Source: Eledone cirrhosa (Eukaryota). Taken from it: a DNA stretch of 64,000 nucleotides. The DNA is taken from NCBI GenBank assembly GCA_964016885.1, contig OZ024746.1, forward strand, positions 41,850,001-41,914,000, given 5' to 3'. Positions 12,709-26,105 of the stretch are shown one piece after another. Position numbers and translations under genes: made by a program. Under the pieces are notes generated by a model. That model did no database searches, was not told the DNA's origin, and saw only the letters and a list, made by a program, of their open reading frames with translations. How positions within the stretch are numbered: the stretch's first letter is position 1; each line of letters starts with the position of its first letter.

Positions 12709-13053
12709 GGAGGCACATGGCTTAGTGGTTAGAGCATTGGCCTTGCAATCGAAAGGTTGTGAGTTCAATTCTCAGACCGGGTGATGTGTTGTTTCCTTGA
12801 GCAAGACACTTTATTTCACACTGCTCCAGTTTACTCAGCTGTAGAAATGAGATGATAGGGACTGGGGTCCCTATCATTCCACTGCAAAGTGGTCGTGGAG
12901 GTGCCACAGCAAAAAAGCACCCAGCACTCACTGTAAATGAAGTTGGTGTTAGGAAGGGCATCCAGCTGTAGAAATCAAGCCAGCATCAGTTCCCGTTCCA
13001 CCCTTGCAAGCAGGGAAAAAGCAGACGTAAAATGATGATGATGATGATGATGA
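12709..13053 (+). mobile_element. tRNA-derived SINE family A inserted in (TA)n
   Basis: GGAGGCACATGGCTTAGTGGTTAGAGC...GAGTTCAATTC head, AGGAAGGGCATCCAGCTGTAGAAA block, (ATG)n tail. Confidence 0.9.
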
Positions 13054-13112
13054 TATATATATATGGTAAAATTATATCTAAAAATACGTGTGTAACTGAG
13101 AGTGCACCAACA

Positions 13113-13173
<61 letters not shown>

Positions 13174-13179
<6 letters not shown>

Positions 13180-13600
13180 CTTTGGGAGGGTCATGCTGCC
13201 AATAAAAACACGCGCACCAGATGGTTTTCACTTCAGGTTATTATAAATTTCTGGTTGGTTCAATAACTGGATGGTTGTTTATTTATTGTTATACCTCTTT
13301 TGTCACACATTCTGTGACCTGCTCAGTGACTAAGCTTTCATTTTGTGTCTCTCCTTTGTTTTGTCCTACACCATCTTGTTTTTGTGTGTTGTGTGTTTAG
13401 TTTGCGCATGTGTTACATCTGTGTGTGTGTGTGTGTGTTTTTATTTATTCATTTATGTGTTTATTTATTTGTCATTAGTTGGTTGTTTGTTCTATCTGTG
13501 TGTGTCTGTATGTCTTCATTTTGTGATGTTGCTATTCCACTCATGTTTTCTGTTTAATTTTGGTTGGAGTTTGTTTATGTTTGTCGCCTCTGTGATTATA
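13174..13600 (-). mobile_element. Probable PLE 3'-end remnant related to the element at 45621-47520
   Basis: ttatactttgggagggtcat matches 45625-45645; abuts (TA)n; decayed hammerhead-like hairpin at 13296-13329. Confidence 0.55.
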
Positions 13601-14112
13601 AAAACAAGAAGTGTAAGTGAACAGGTTAAAATTAACTTCGTTTATTCATATTTGCTGTTATATATATTTCGGTGATAAAAAATAATCCCAAAGAATAATT
13701 AGATCATTGATACAATTTCTGAAAAAGAAAAATTAAAAACAAAAAATGGATCATGACTACCTGATCTGGTCTGAAATATAGCATGTTCAATATGTTTTTC
13801 AACTCAGTATCAGGGGGCTGAATGTAGTTGATTGGCTGAGTCATTACAGCTTCAAATATAATGTATTGTGAAATTTGTTCCAGTTTTCTGCACTCTAAAT
13901 TGAAATCTTGCTAAGGTTTACTTTAATTTTCATTTTGTTTTAATCAATAAGGAAATTACCAGCTCAGTGTAAGTAAAGTTCTCTCTCTCATCTTGCTGAC
14001 TTTTCCTGGGTGTTCAACTTGATGAAAGGTGAAAGAACCAACAGTGTGTAAGTGTGTGCTCTTCACTACAGTGGCATCTACATTTATTTTAGCAAAAGTA
14101 TAGTAATATAAT

Positions 14113-14318
14113 TGTTTCTACTTTAGGCACAAGGCCAGTAATTTGAAGGGGAGGGGAAAGTCGATTAAATCGACCCCAGTGCATTACTGGTACTTTATTT
14201 TATCAACCCTGTAAGGATGAAAGACAAAGCTAATCTTGACAGGATTTGAACTCAGAACGTAAAGGGCCATAACTCTTATTCTGCTAAGCTTGTTGTCCAA
14301 CACCCTACCGATTCTGCC
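14113..14318 (-). mobile_element. SINE family B
   Basis: Family motifs; 13-bp TSD atagtaatataat at 14100-14112 and 14319-14331. Confidence 0.9.
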
Positions 14319-17099
14319 ATAGTAATATAATGTAAATAAGCCTCCATTGGCCTCAGCAAAATGTCTTTAGTTATTTGATCAACAGTACAGCCTACTCATG
14401 AAATAAATGTTTAACTTATAAAGAGATTCTATCTATCCAATTCCACTCACATTGCTTGGGCCAGCCTGAGACTGTGGTAAATGACACTTGCTGAAGATGC
14501 CAGATACTGGAATCAAACCCAGAGCCTTGAGATTATGAAGCAAACTCATTATCCATTTAGCTATGTCTATGAATCTTCCATTGATTTCAAGTGATGCCCA
14601 TACATTTTTTTTTAGATGTGAATGTCTCACCTAAGTAGCAGAGAATAAAATCTACAGCAACCTGTAACCTTGGTACTTTGAATAAAGGTTCTCATCCTGC
14701 AACTAATTATTAGTGTATTTTATATGTATTATATAAGGCTATTACCATAACCTGAAGATATGTATTATTAGTCTGATACAAAGAACTGCTTACATACTAA
14801 AGCTGAGATACTGAGGTTCTGTAAAGAAAAACAATAGATAAATAAATAGATAAAAAGAAAATGCTGAGTTGAAGGCAATAAATTCAATCTATCATTGAAA
14901 TAGATGAAGTCTGTTAATTATTTGCATTCTCTGAAGGCAACATAAACATGGTCATGAGCAAGCACACACACACACGTTTATACACACAAACATATATATA
15001 TATACACACATATATATATACACCCTCATATATATGTTTGCACACACACACACACATATATATATATATAAAGTATGTATGTATATACAGACATAACTTG
15101 TTATTATGTTAAACACAATAAATATGTCTTGCCAGTTTGTAAGTGACCTGCAGGAAGCACCTAAATAAATATTAAAACAGACCATATACTCATACATACA
15201 CACCTAGATTCATGCTTACATAGTCACTCACACATTCACACATGCACTAATGTGCCTACATACATAATGTACATTGTATACATACACATATAGAGTGATT
15301 GTGTTGGTTGTTGCTTGCGATGGGAATGCCAGCCATTCTCCTTGCTACCATGAAGTGTATCTTCAGTGCAAGTTGTTATATGACTTCATTTGTTTTGTTT
15401 GTTTTAAGATAGATTGCCAGAGTGTATGTCTACATAAACAAGTGTTTTGTTTTGTAATGGTCCAGCAACATGATAAAGGCTAGAACACAAATAAATAATC
15501 AGTAAGCATGGCTGGTAGGTTTGCCTTTGGGGAATTACCAAGGAAAGATAATCAAAGAGAAGGGAAGTACATTGGAAAGAGTAATGGAAGAAGGGAAACC
15601 AAAACAAAACAAAAATATAGCCTTCTGCTGCCCCCACAAATGACATTTACAGGAAGTGGGTGAGAGAAGAGCTACTAGATAGATAAATAGATAGATAAAG
15701 AGGGAGAAAGACAAAGATAGATAGAATGAGAGGAAGAGATTAAGAGAGTGATAGAATGAGAGAGGAAACTTACCAAAGAAAACACTAGAGACCATTTTTT
15801 TTTCAAAAACTGTTTTTTGAGGAAAGATACAACACTGAGTGTACTTATGTTTAGGGAATGTGTGTATGTGTTTATGGATGTGTGAATGTTAATTTTTTTA
15901 TATTTATATTTTTATACTTTGCCAGGCAAATCTGAATCTCATTTCTGGCAGACAGTTCCTGAATCTCTCTTTCAACCTTTGTTGGAGTTAATTACCTGTA
16001 TAGTACTCACTTAACCAGGTGTAGCAGTATACATACAGCTTGACTTTAGTTGGTAAACGTAAGTCAATGTATCCACATAGGATGTAAAATAGTGTTTAAG
16101 TGGGAGGAAAATAAATAAACAAAACAAAACAAACATGGATAAAAATATTTTGTTAATAAGATATACTACTTTCAACATAATTATTTTTAGACCTTATTTC
16201 TTAACAGAAAAATATGCAGCCACCTGGTTATAGTCAATAGAGCCTTAATTGTGTATGTACATATTTGTGAGTATAAACGTTACATGTGTGAGTGAATGTG
16301 TTTATGTGCATGTTCACTGTATATACAATGTACATATTATAATTCCCTAAATTTTGAAAGCACATATGGAGATCAAGTCACTTTTTTTACCCTTTTTCCA
16401 CCTCCTCCTCCTCCTCTCTGTAGCAACTAGCTATGTGGATTAATTTGCTACTTTTCAAAATCTACACATGAATAGCATAATATTAATATAGAGATGTACA
16501 TTTGAAATGAAATGAGATAACATTTCAAGACAGAGAGGTTTCATATAGGAAAATAATAAAAAATATTTAAAAAATAATAATATTTAAACATAATGAATAA
16601 AAGAACATTCAATGTTTCATGAGATTATTAACATGGGAGGTAGAGAGTGAGAGAGAGAAAGAAAGAGAAAAAACTTTCCTTATGGAAGTATTAAAAAAAA
16701 TTACTTAAAATGTTTCTTCAAAGAGAATCCATTTAGAAATTTTCTTGAGCGTCTTCAGTTAAATACTCATAAATATCACTATAGTGATATCAATAAATTA
16801 TCATAATGCTAAGAAAATATTATTATTATTAATATTATTATTATCAATATTATTATTGTTGTTGCTGTTTTGATGATGATTATGATAGATGTTATCACTA
16901 TTATTTAAAAAAATTGGTGGTGTGGCTGAAATTGTAGAGTGTGAAATTTAATGTAATATACTCTTTACTCGCAAACCCTTACACACTAAGTTCAAATATC
17001 CTTTATGTCTCTGGATTTTATCAGTATAGGTACTAGCTTATGTAGAATTAGTATTAGATAATCTCACATTTACTTAAAACTGTAAACATATTTATCCTG

Positions 17100-17990
17100 T
17101 AATCTGGGATCTGGGAGAAGTCAACAAATATTGAGTAGAGGGGTTTGCTTTTAGCTAGGCACTTCTCTTGCAAAGAAGAAAGCATCCATGGTACTTTTAG
17201 CTGGCACAAATCCAAACTGCATCTCATCTAGTTTAATTCAATCCCTAACCAGATGTACAATTACAATCCCTGTAACTTTCATGACCTGGTCCATCAATTT
17301 GATGCCTCAGTAGTTTCCTCTGTCTAGTGCATCACTTTTGCCCTTGTAGCAATTAACGATGATGCTGCGACACCAGTCATTGAATATAGCATCATTTTGT
17401 ATTACTTGGCTTACAATATGGGTGGTTATAGTGTCACCTATTATGCCAGAGGCTTTCAGCATCTCAGTGAATATTCCTGATGGCCCAGCTGCTTTGCCTG
17501 TCATCATATTCTTAATTATTTTACGTAATACATTGCTGTTGACTTGTACAGCTGGTTTCTTTATTGGATCCACTTGGAGTAGGCTATCTTCCTAGCACAC
17601 ATTCTCTCCATTCATCAGTCTCTCATAATGACACTTCCATGCTGCTTTCTTTTGTGTCAATAAAGGCAAGAGCACCATTTTCATCTCAGAAACACTTCTC
17701 AACAACATCACAATTATCCCAGATACATTGCCTTGCAATCCTGAACACCTTACATCTTTAGCTCTCATGTCACATAACATGCATAAGCTTTTTTATTTTC
17801 TGCTTCCCTTCTTGCAAAGTACACTTGTCATCTAGCCTCTCTCCTGACCTCTTATTAATGTTATCTGCTTCACCCATTCTGCCATTCTTTCCATGCCTGT
17901 CTCTTGGCTTTAATTGTTTCATTAACCCTACTATGCCACTAATGAGAAAAATTGGTTGTTCCAACCTGTCTGGTCTTGAACCATAACACA
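17100..17990 (-). pseudogene. Old RTE LINE fragment (region upstream of and entering the RT)
   Basis: ORF pieces with GKAAGPSG...EMLKASG...YKGKSDALDRGNY and AWKCHYERLMN; QFGFVP on the reverse strand near 17205-17222. Confidence 0.8.
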
Positions 17991-18044
17991 TTCAACCCAT
18001 GCCAGTGTGGAAAGAGGCCATAACAATTATGATAATGGTGATAT

Positions 18045-18270
18045 CATCATCATTATCATCATCATCATCATCGTTTAACGTCTATCTTCTACGCTAGCAT
18101 GGGTTAGACGGGATTGTCCCACTTGAGGCAAGATTGGTCAGGTGACCATGTCTCGCTCATATAGAACTGTATCTGGCAGGTTTTCTACGGCTGGATGCTC
18201 TTCCCAACACCAACCATATTTACAGTGTGGACTGAGAGCCTTTTTACCGTGTCTCCTACACTTTACAACG
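18045..18270 (-). mobile_element. RTE/SINE-type 3' tail fragment with (ATG)n; similar copies at 22700-22857 and 3067-3150
   Basis: (CAT)n gtttaacgtctatctt...gcatgggttaga...ctacggctggatgc. Confidence 0.75.
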
Positions 18271-20597
18271 TGGATATATGCATATCTATTTATATATATC
18301 TATAGATATACATAAATAGAGATACATATAGATATCACCATTATCATCATAATATTATGTATATAAATAGATTATATATATATCTATGGATGCATATCTA
18401 TTTATATATATCTATATATTATATATATTACTTCATATATTCTAATTATTACATATAACATGCATATTATGTATGATGTACACACTGTCATGTATATTTA
18501 TTATACATCTAGTATTTGTATGCTGCATATACTGAGCATAATATTTATAACATATAGGCTACAGGCTTTCTATTGCATATTTTATTATATACATTTTATA
18601 AGATATGTTAATTTATTTAGCATTCTTTTGCATCTTATTTTATTACATAATTTAATGTTATGTATTTTACTATATATTTTATTATATATCTATTATATGT
18701 GTATATGTAAATATCATATGTTCATGTATGCACATGTATGAATGTGCATGCACACATGCATACACATACATCCCTCTGCCACAAATATAAGGAGGTGTTA
18801 GTATTTGTCAATGTATATACATATATATGTGCCTGGGCATATGTCTGTATATGTGTGTGCACATGCATGTGGGCATTTATATGTATATATTCATAATCAT
18901 AGATAAAGCAGTCAAATTTAGAAGAATATAAATACATACTTAGAATAGGGAAGTAGATATACATACATACAAATACATATATATTTCTCTCTCTCTCTCT
19001 CTCTTTCTATATATATATATATATATAGATTGAGAGAGAGAGAAAGCAATACATAGATATATAACAAAGGGCAACTAAATGATTACAAAAGGAAATTGAT
19101 GGCATATGTATGTTTATTTATATTTCTGTGTATATGTATAATACAAAAACTGACATGTTACATACATAGAAAGGTTAAATGCACCTGTCAATGCAAACAT
19201 TTATCTAAGCTCTGCATTGTAAGTTTTACCAACTTACCGCTAAATGTATCATACTACAATATCTAGACAAAACCTTTCTTTCTTTACATGGCATCTGAAC
19301 ATTCTTTAATAAATTCCTTATACTGTATCATCTTTAGTACACTTCTCCTTACAGTCTTTTGATGTCTAATATGATTAGAACCTGCCTGGAGTTGCCCCTT
19401 GCCTATAAAGATCAAATGCTTATTCCCTTTAAATTATGAAAATTAATTTAGTAAAATTAATTCTTAATTTCCTTTCTTCTACAATCACTAACAATTATTG
19501 TTTTTATTTCTTTTAGGAGTTATATTGTCACAGTTGTTAGGGTATGGATTAAATGCCTTCCCATTTATTCTGGTTCACTGTGCTCTGAGATCAAATCCAG
19601 TTGAGGTCAACTTTGCCTTACCTCCTTTTGGAGTCAATAAATAAGTTCCTATCAAAGTGCAGGGGATTAGCAGAATTGTTAAAGAGTATGACTGGAAGCT
19701 ATGCAGCATCTGATCTGAGTTCAAACCCCATCTGAGTTCAAATCTCATCTAATTCTGTCAGTTGTGATTAGTGGATAGTATTAGCATTGGAAAGACCAAT
19801 TAAAATATTGCTTCTTTAGTCTGATCTGACTATTGGTTCCTTTAGTTTTATTTTAATTATTTTTTCTCCAAGTAAAAGGGAAATTTTAATCAAGAATTAT
19901 TATGCATAGGTCATTCAGGATGTAACCCTTTAACTTATTTACACAGGGAAAGTATCATTTATGAGGGAAGCTTAATTAAAATTAATCATCTATATAGCTC
20001 TGTTTTCCAGAATATATTCATTATTGCTGTATGTAGCACCAATTATAGGAGTACTTTGTCCATGTAGTTGTGCATTTATATGCTTTGCAAGAATTTGACA
20101 TGTTGAAATTACACAAAGATTTGATTAGTTTCAGTCTTTGGAAACAGCAATAAAATTTCATTTCAATTGATTTCAGTTTATTGATTTCTAATATAGGTGC
20201 ACAATTTCAGATATTTAATATTAGAGAGAGAAAATGTGACTGCATGGTTAGGTTTGTCCCTTATCAGAGCATAGATCTTTTCAAGGGCATTACTAGATGC
20301 ACTACAATCCCCCTGTAGCTTTCTAGCTCTCTAATATTCTTCTTTCATGTCTTCCTTCTATGTTACTTCCACTTGGATTATAATAGCCGCTGCTCCTTTG
20401 AATTTAGCCATCGGGAAATTCCATTCAGCCCAGGCCGACACCAGCGCACCCTAGTATCATGCTTCTGACTATATACTTGTCACCTATTATGTGTCTTGCA
20501 CTAAACATTGATCAATGCTCCACACAACTACTATGGCCATTAACTTTTCTGCTCAATCATTTGTCTGCCCATGTGTTAATCCTCCGTCAGTTCCAAT

Positions 20598-22336
20598 CAC
20601 TGTGTAACAAACATTTTTTTTTTCTCTGTTCCTGGCTTGTAATCACTTTTTTGTGTTGCTTAGGTCCCAAATAAATAAAAAAGTGCTATTAAACAGTTAA
20701 AAGTTTGGGTTTGTAAAAATTCTAAGCTATTCACTAGAATTATTTGTATGCTGGATTTTACATTGTATGTAAGTTTAATTTGCTTATGTTAAATGATTTT
20801 TTATATATGTTTCAGGTTAAATTAAAATGATAAAATAAAGAGTAATACCTAAAGAAAATGATAAAAGTGCAATAAAGTATAAATTGTTAAAAAGTGGATT
20901 AAAGAGATTTATTGATACTGGATTTTCGCACCCTGAATAAAGGGTAAGTTGTGTTTTAAGCATTCGTCTCCAGGGTGAAGCAGTGGAACTTGGTCAAGGA
21001 GGAAGTGCAGGTGACAAGTCAGAGAAGTCGACACAAACTTTTCTCAGGCTTTTACACTCTTAGGGATGGCCTCTGCTTCTGCCACGACGTGCCTGGACTG
21101 TTTGACGTTATTGGGGTGCCGTTTGTGCCCAAGGAGTGGCGGCTATTTATAGACAGCTCCACCACAAGTTTGAAGGCTGTCCTCCTCCACAATGGAAACA
21201 AGTTCCCGACACTGCCCCTAGCTCATTCAGTCTGCCTGAAGTAAGATTACTACAGTGTGAAAGTCCTCTTGGAAGCTCTGCAATACAACCAGTACAATTG
21301 GGAAATCATTGGAGACTTCAAGATGGTGTCTTTCCTGCTTGGACTCCAAGGAGGCTTTATCAAATTCCAATGCTTCCCCTGCCTTTGGGACAGCAGAGCC
21401 ACCTCTGACCACTACAAAAGAAAGAACTGGGAGCAGCGAACAGAATTTGTAGTTGGGACCCGGAACGTCATGTGGGAGCCACTGGTTGGTCCCAGGATTG
21501 TGCTCATGCCACCACTGCACATTAAGTTGGGGTTGATGAAGCAGTTTGTGAAGGCTCTCAACCAAGAATCAGCCGCTTTTAAGTACCTTCTTGAGTTCTT
21601 CCCCAAGTTATCTGAGGCCAAAATCAAAGGTAGAATTTTTGTTGGACCTCAGATAAAGAAGGTGTTTGAGTCTACCGAGTTCTCCAATAAGCTCAATAGG
21701 ATTGAGAGAACAGCATGGAACTGTTTCAAGGCAGTTGTTAAGGGCTTCCTGAGCAACTACAGAGCTGAAAACTACCAGCAACTGGTGCAGGATCTGATAA
21801 AGGCTTTTGGCGCCATGGGATGCAGGATGTCGCTTAAACTCCATATGCTGGACGCTCACCTGGAAAGATTCAAGGACAATATGGGCGCCTACTCAGAAGA
21901 ACAAGGCGAACAATTCCACCAAGATGTGAAAGAGATAGCGCGGAGGTACCAGGGTCACTACAATGAAAAAATGATGCGGGACTATATCTGGGGGCTAGTG
22001 TGGGAATGCGATCTGGACAACAACCGCAAATCCAGGAAATTCAGTCATTTCTGACGTGTATAAGTTGCTTTATAAATGTTATTTGTTTTTACTTGTTTGC
22101 TTTTGATAAGCTTGTGTAATAAAATAAATATATACTCTGTTGATTTAATTATATGAACTGATAAATAAAAAAAAAATGTGTTTTTTCTTGAAAAATATGA
22201 AAATTTCGAAATATCAAACTTCTGACCACAAACCCAAACTTCTCATTAAATAATAGTGTCTTTTTTATAATAATGGGATATAACAAACCATGAAATGACA
22301 CTTAGAACTGGGGAACAAAAAATATGTTACACGGTG
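20598..22336 (+). mobile_element. Chapaev3-like (CMC) DNA transposon, internally deleted
   Basis: Termini CACTGTGTAACA / TGTTACACGGTG with subterminal AAGTTTGGGTTTGT / ACAAACCCAAACTT; TSD unclear. Confidence 0.75.
20975..22054 (+). pseudogene. Chapaev3-type DDE transposase, N-terminus missing, one in-frame stop at 21242
   Basis: WRLFIDSS..SLKAVLLHNGN, CFPCLWDSR, PPLHIKLGLMKQFVKAL, MSLKLHMLDAHL, SEEQGEQFHQD. Confidence 0.85.
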
Positions 22337-22870
22337 TAATGAGAGTTCCAGTTATATTAGAACAGCCTGCTCAAGAAATTTATGTACAATTGATTCATCA
22401 CTATATAGAGACATGTACACTTAATATAGTTCTCTGGGATATTCATCGAGACAGAATGCGTGACAAGGTTTGATCTTCAAATTCCAGGTACAACACATTT
22501 TAGCTAGCTGAGGGGTCTGAAGCAATAGAAAAAATGTGCCCTGCTCAAGAACACAATGTGTTGCTTTATCTATATCTCTGGAAATGTATATGTATGTGAG
22601 CCTAATGGGTGCATTTTAGCACATCTGTGTGTATATGTGTGTGGCTACTTACATATGCTTCTATGTGCAGGTATGTATATGTGTGAATATATATATCATA
22701 ATCATCATCATCATCATCATCATCGTTTAACGTCTATCTTCCACGCTAGCATGGGTTAGATGGGAATTGTCCCACTTGAGGCAAGATTGATCGGGTGACC
22801 GTGTCTTACTCGTATAGGACTATCTGGCAGGTTTTCTACGGCTGGATGCCCTTCCTATATATATATATAT

Positions 22871-23010
22871 TAAAGTAACAGATTAAAGTTTAAGCAATGA
22901 ATCACTGCTTTCACCCTTAACGGGATCTTATGGTTTTACATATTTTTATATATATATTATCCTTGTCAAGCACTCTTCGGATTTTAGTCTTCACATTTAT
23001 TATTATTACT
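22871..23010. mobile_element. Miniature inverted PLE-type end of the 36406-37896 family
   Basis: 22871-22928 matches 36503-36560; 22955-23010 is the reverse complement of about 36406-36465; flanked by (TA)n. Confidence 0.65.
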
Positions 23011-23536
23011 ATATATATATATATATATATTTGTGTCATCATAATCATTACTTTATGTCCATTTTCCTGACTAGCAAGTGTTGTACATGTGTGTATCTAT
23101 GTATGTGTGCATTTATATATATATATACTTATCTCTTTTGGCTAAGCTACCATGCACTGTTTTTATCTCTCTTCCTTTACAGTTGATACATTTTGGTTTG
23201 TAGCATATTTTCGTTTTTTTATCTTCATGTGTGTTATTTACTGAAAGACAACTTGTTCCATGTCTACCTCTTTTGTTGCATTCCACTGTGTACTGGAATG
23301 AAATGTATCAACCTTGATGCACTGTAGCGATAGTGATTTCCAGAGATTGACTGTTGAGAAAGGACTGTCCTTTTTTCCATTTTCCTCCTTTTTTTCCCTG
23401 TTGTCTTTGCTCTGTGTACTCCCACTATATATATACATACATAAAGAGAGAGAGAGAGAGAGGAGGGCTGTGGTGCTGAGACTCAGGAGACCAGTAATCA
23501 TGGCTTGGCACCACGGTGTGTGTGTGTGTGTATATA

Positions 23537-24842
23537 CAGGGTGTGGACGATATTTGTTCGCAATTTTCAACTGCTAATTTTATGCAAATTTTTTTTACTT
23601 CCGTTGTCACTCTTGTCTTCATAAAAACAGTGACTATATTTCCATTATTTATTTTCAGAATAATTGATTATGAATAATTTTGAGCCTCCAAATTTGTGGA
23701 AGAGACACGGAGTTCTTCTTGGAATCCGCGTCGGGAGGACAAATAAGGAAATTTCAGACTTTCTCAGCATCAGCAGGAGAATGGTGGAAAAGGTCAGAAA
23801 GGAATTGGAAGATTCAGGATTCGACTACGAAGAAGCAACATCAGAGAGGAAAACACATGATCGACGATCTGACGCCTTCAGAACGCCTGAGTTCGTCGCT
23901 GAAGTTCAGGATATTATCAACAATGAACCTAGCAAGTCGATGCGTGCAATTGCAAGGAAGAAAGGCGTGGATGAAAAGCTCATTAGGCTGCTGGTACATG
24001 AAGACATTCGCTACGTTTCATAAAAGATGAGGGAAGGACAATTTCTGTCAAAGGCGATGCAAGAAAAGCGACTGAAGCACGCAAAGAAGCTGATCAACAA
24101 GTTGAAACACCCACTGGAGCCAGACATGCTGTTGTTTTTTTCCGACGAGAAAAACTTCTGCCAAGACCAGAAGATCAACTCTCAGAACAGGTGGCTCACT
24201 GTCTCATCCAAAGACGTGCCCAGAGTCATGCAGACAAAGTTTCCAGCGACAACATTGGTCTTAGGTGTCGCCAGCAGTCAAGGTGACGTCTTGCCACCTC
24301 ATTTCTTCCCTGAGGGCCTCAAGATGAACACCGATGGCTACATCCGCGTTCTGAGCGAGGTAGTAAAGCTCTGGATCGACCAGGTAGCTGCAGGTAGGCC
24401 GTACATGTGGCAGCAAGACTCAGCGCCCTGCCATACCAGCCGAAAGACCCAAGCCTGGCTGTCAGAGAACTTCGTCGACCACACTTCACCTGACATCTGG
24501 CCTCCCAGCTCGTCTGACTGCAACCCCTCTCGACTTCTTTGTGTAGGGCGCAGTGGAACGAGATACCAACAGATCTAGCTGCAATACGAAAGACGATCTG
24601 AAGGCCAAGATCACAAGTGCCTTTAGGGGCCTAAATCGGGGGGACAGTGACGAAGGCCTGTAGCCGGTTCCGAGGCCGCCTTGAGGCCATCATCAAAGCC
24701 AATGGTGGGTTTATCGAGTGAGATCGAAAGAACAAGTCATGAAGACAAACTGACCCAAGTTTGATAAATATATCTTAAAAAATAAAACTACTGTGTTACT
24801 TTTTCCTAGACAGTAATCTTGCAAACAAATATCGTCCGCATC

Positions 24843-24845
<3 letters not shown>
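23537..24845 (+). mobile_element. Full-length Tc1/mariner DD37D (maT) transposon, 1309 bp
   Basis: 27-bp TIRs CAGGGTGTGGACGATATTTGTTCGCAA / TTGCAAACAAATATCGTCCGCATCCTG (3 mismatches), TA TSD. Confidence 0.92.
23670..24721 (+). pseudogene. DD37D transposase, inactivated
   Basis: FFSDEKNF, WQQDSAPCH, WPPSSSDCNP(L)D with 37 residues between the second and third D after frame correction; stop at 24021, frameshift near 24528, further TAG. Confidence 0.88.
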
Positions 24846-24881
<36 letters not shown>

Positions 24882-24886
<5 letters not shown>

Positions 24887-25070
24887 GTTTCTACTTTAGG
24901 CACAAGGCCAGCAATTACCCAGTGCATTACTGGTACTTTATTTCATCGACCCCGTAAGGATGAAAGGCAAAGTCAACCTCGGCGGGATTTGAACTCAGAT
25001 CGTAAAGGGACGTAACTATGCTGGAAAGCATGGCGTCCGACCCTCTACTGATACTGCCAATCCACCGCCC
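24882..25070 (-). mobile_element. SINE family B in (TA)n
   Basis: Near-identical to the 10364-10548 copy. Confidence 0.9.
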
Positions 25071-25327
25071 TTATATATATATATAGAGAGAAAAGAAAAT
25101 GCGATGTTCAGTGTAGATGTTAATCATTATCTCTATCTATCTATATATGTTATAGGTACAAGAAGAGATCAAGCTCTGCAAGGAGCTGACAACCACCACA
25201 ACTATCATGTATATATATCTTTACAGGTATCCCCAGTTCATGGGGCTAGTGATTAACCTTTTTATGTGTTTGACATTATGCAATGAGATAAAAAGAGAAA
25301 GAATGATTAAATGGATAGGAGAGAAGA

Positions 25328-25359
<32 letters not shown>

Positions 25360-25799
25360 AATGTATGTTTATACGTATGTATGTGTTTGGAGAGATAGAA
25401 AGAGAAAAGAGAGAGAGAGATAGATACAGATAAGTTAACAATTTATTGCAGATTAATTTTCTTATGGGAGGAATTGAGCACAGGATTGGTAACTAATGAA
25501 TTACTCATGAAATGTAATATGTAGCAATTGTTTATAACTGGGGATTATAAAACCCAATGGTATCTGTTTAGAGCAGGTAGAGACAACCGATGAGAATTAA
25601 GTGTCTTGGCAATAAAATATCAAATTTATAGGCTCTGGGTATCGGGTCATCGTTGTAGTTGCAGACTTAATGTCCAATCTCTATTTATAAATATGAAACC
25701 TCTTCTGTGGTTATCATGTCTAATGGTCAGTGACTCTGAGTATTGCTAAGTTAATTTGGACATATAGATGAGATCACTGTAAGTGAACTCTTTTATGGC

Positions 25800-26105
25800 T
25801 ATACCCATAACAGATTAGACAGTCGCCCCAGGTAGAGCTGCTAGTTCTCTGAATTGAGATATCACAGCTCCTATACAACAGACATGTTATTAGAATGTCT
25901 CAGAAAAGAATCACTAATCGGCAAAACTAACTGACAGGAAACCCTAGGGTAGACCCCATGCAAGATGGTTGGATAATATCCGTGAGTTTAGCTGGCTTTG
26001 CTTGCAGATCCAGCTGGATCTGTTGGAGACAGTTGCCTCTGACAGGACCCACCGGAAAGTATGTTTCAGAACGCTGCTCCCATGAGCCTCCAAGGAATAA
26101 GTGAG
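25800..26105 (+). pseudogene. Degenerate RTE (Expander-like) C-terminus
   Basis: RKP*GRPHARWLDNIREFSW...LETVASDRTHRK...LLP. Confidence 0.6.

Noticed and set aside
12709-12780. tRNA gene
   Set aside because: A and B boxes are present but there is no acceptor stem or terminator; it is the SINE head.
15925-16058. Possible plus-strand exon (ttgccag|...|gtaagt)
   Set aside because: The frames read contain stops, there is no recognisable product and no supporting neighbouring exons.
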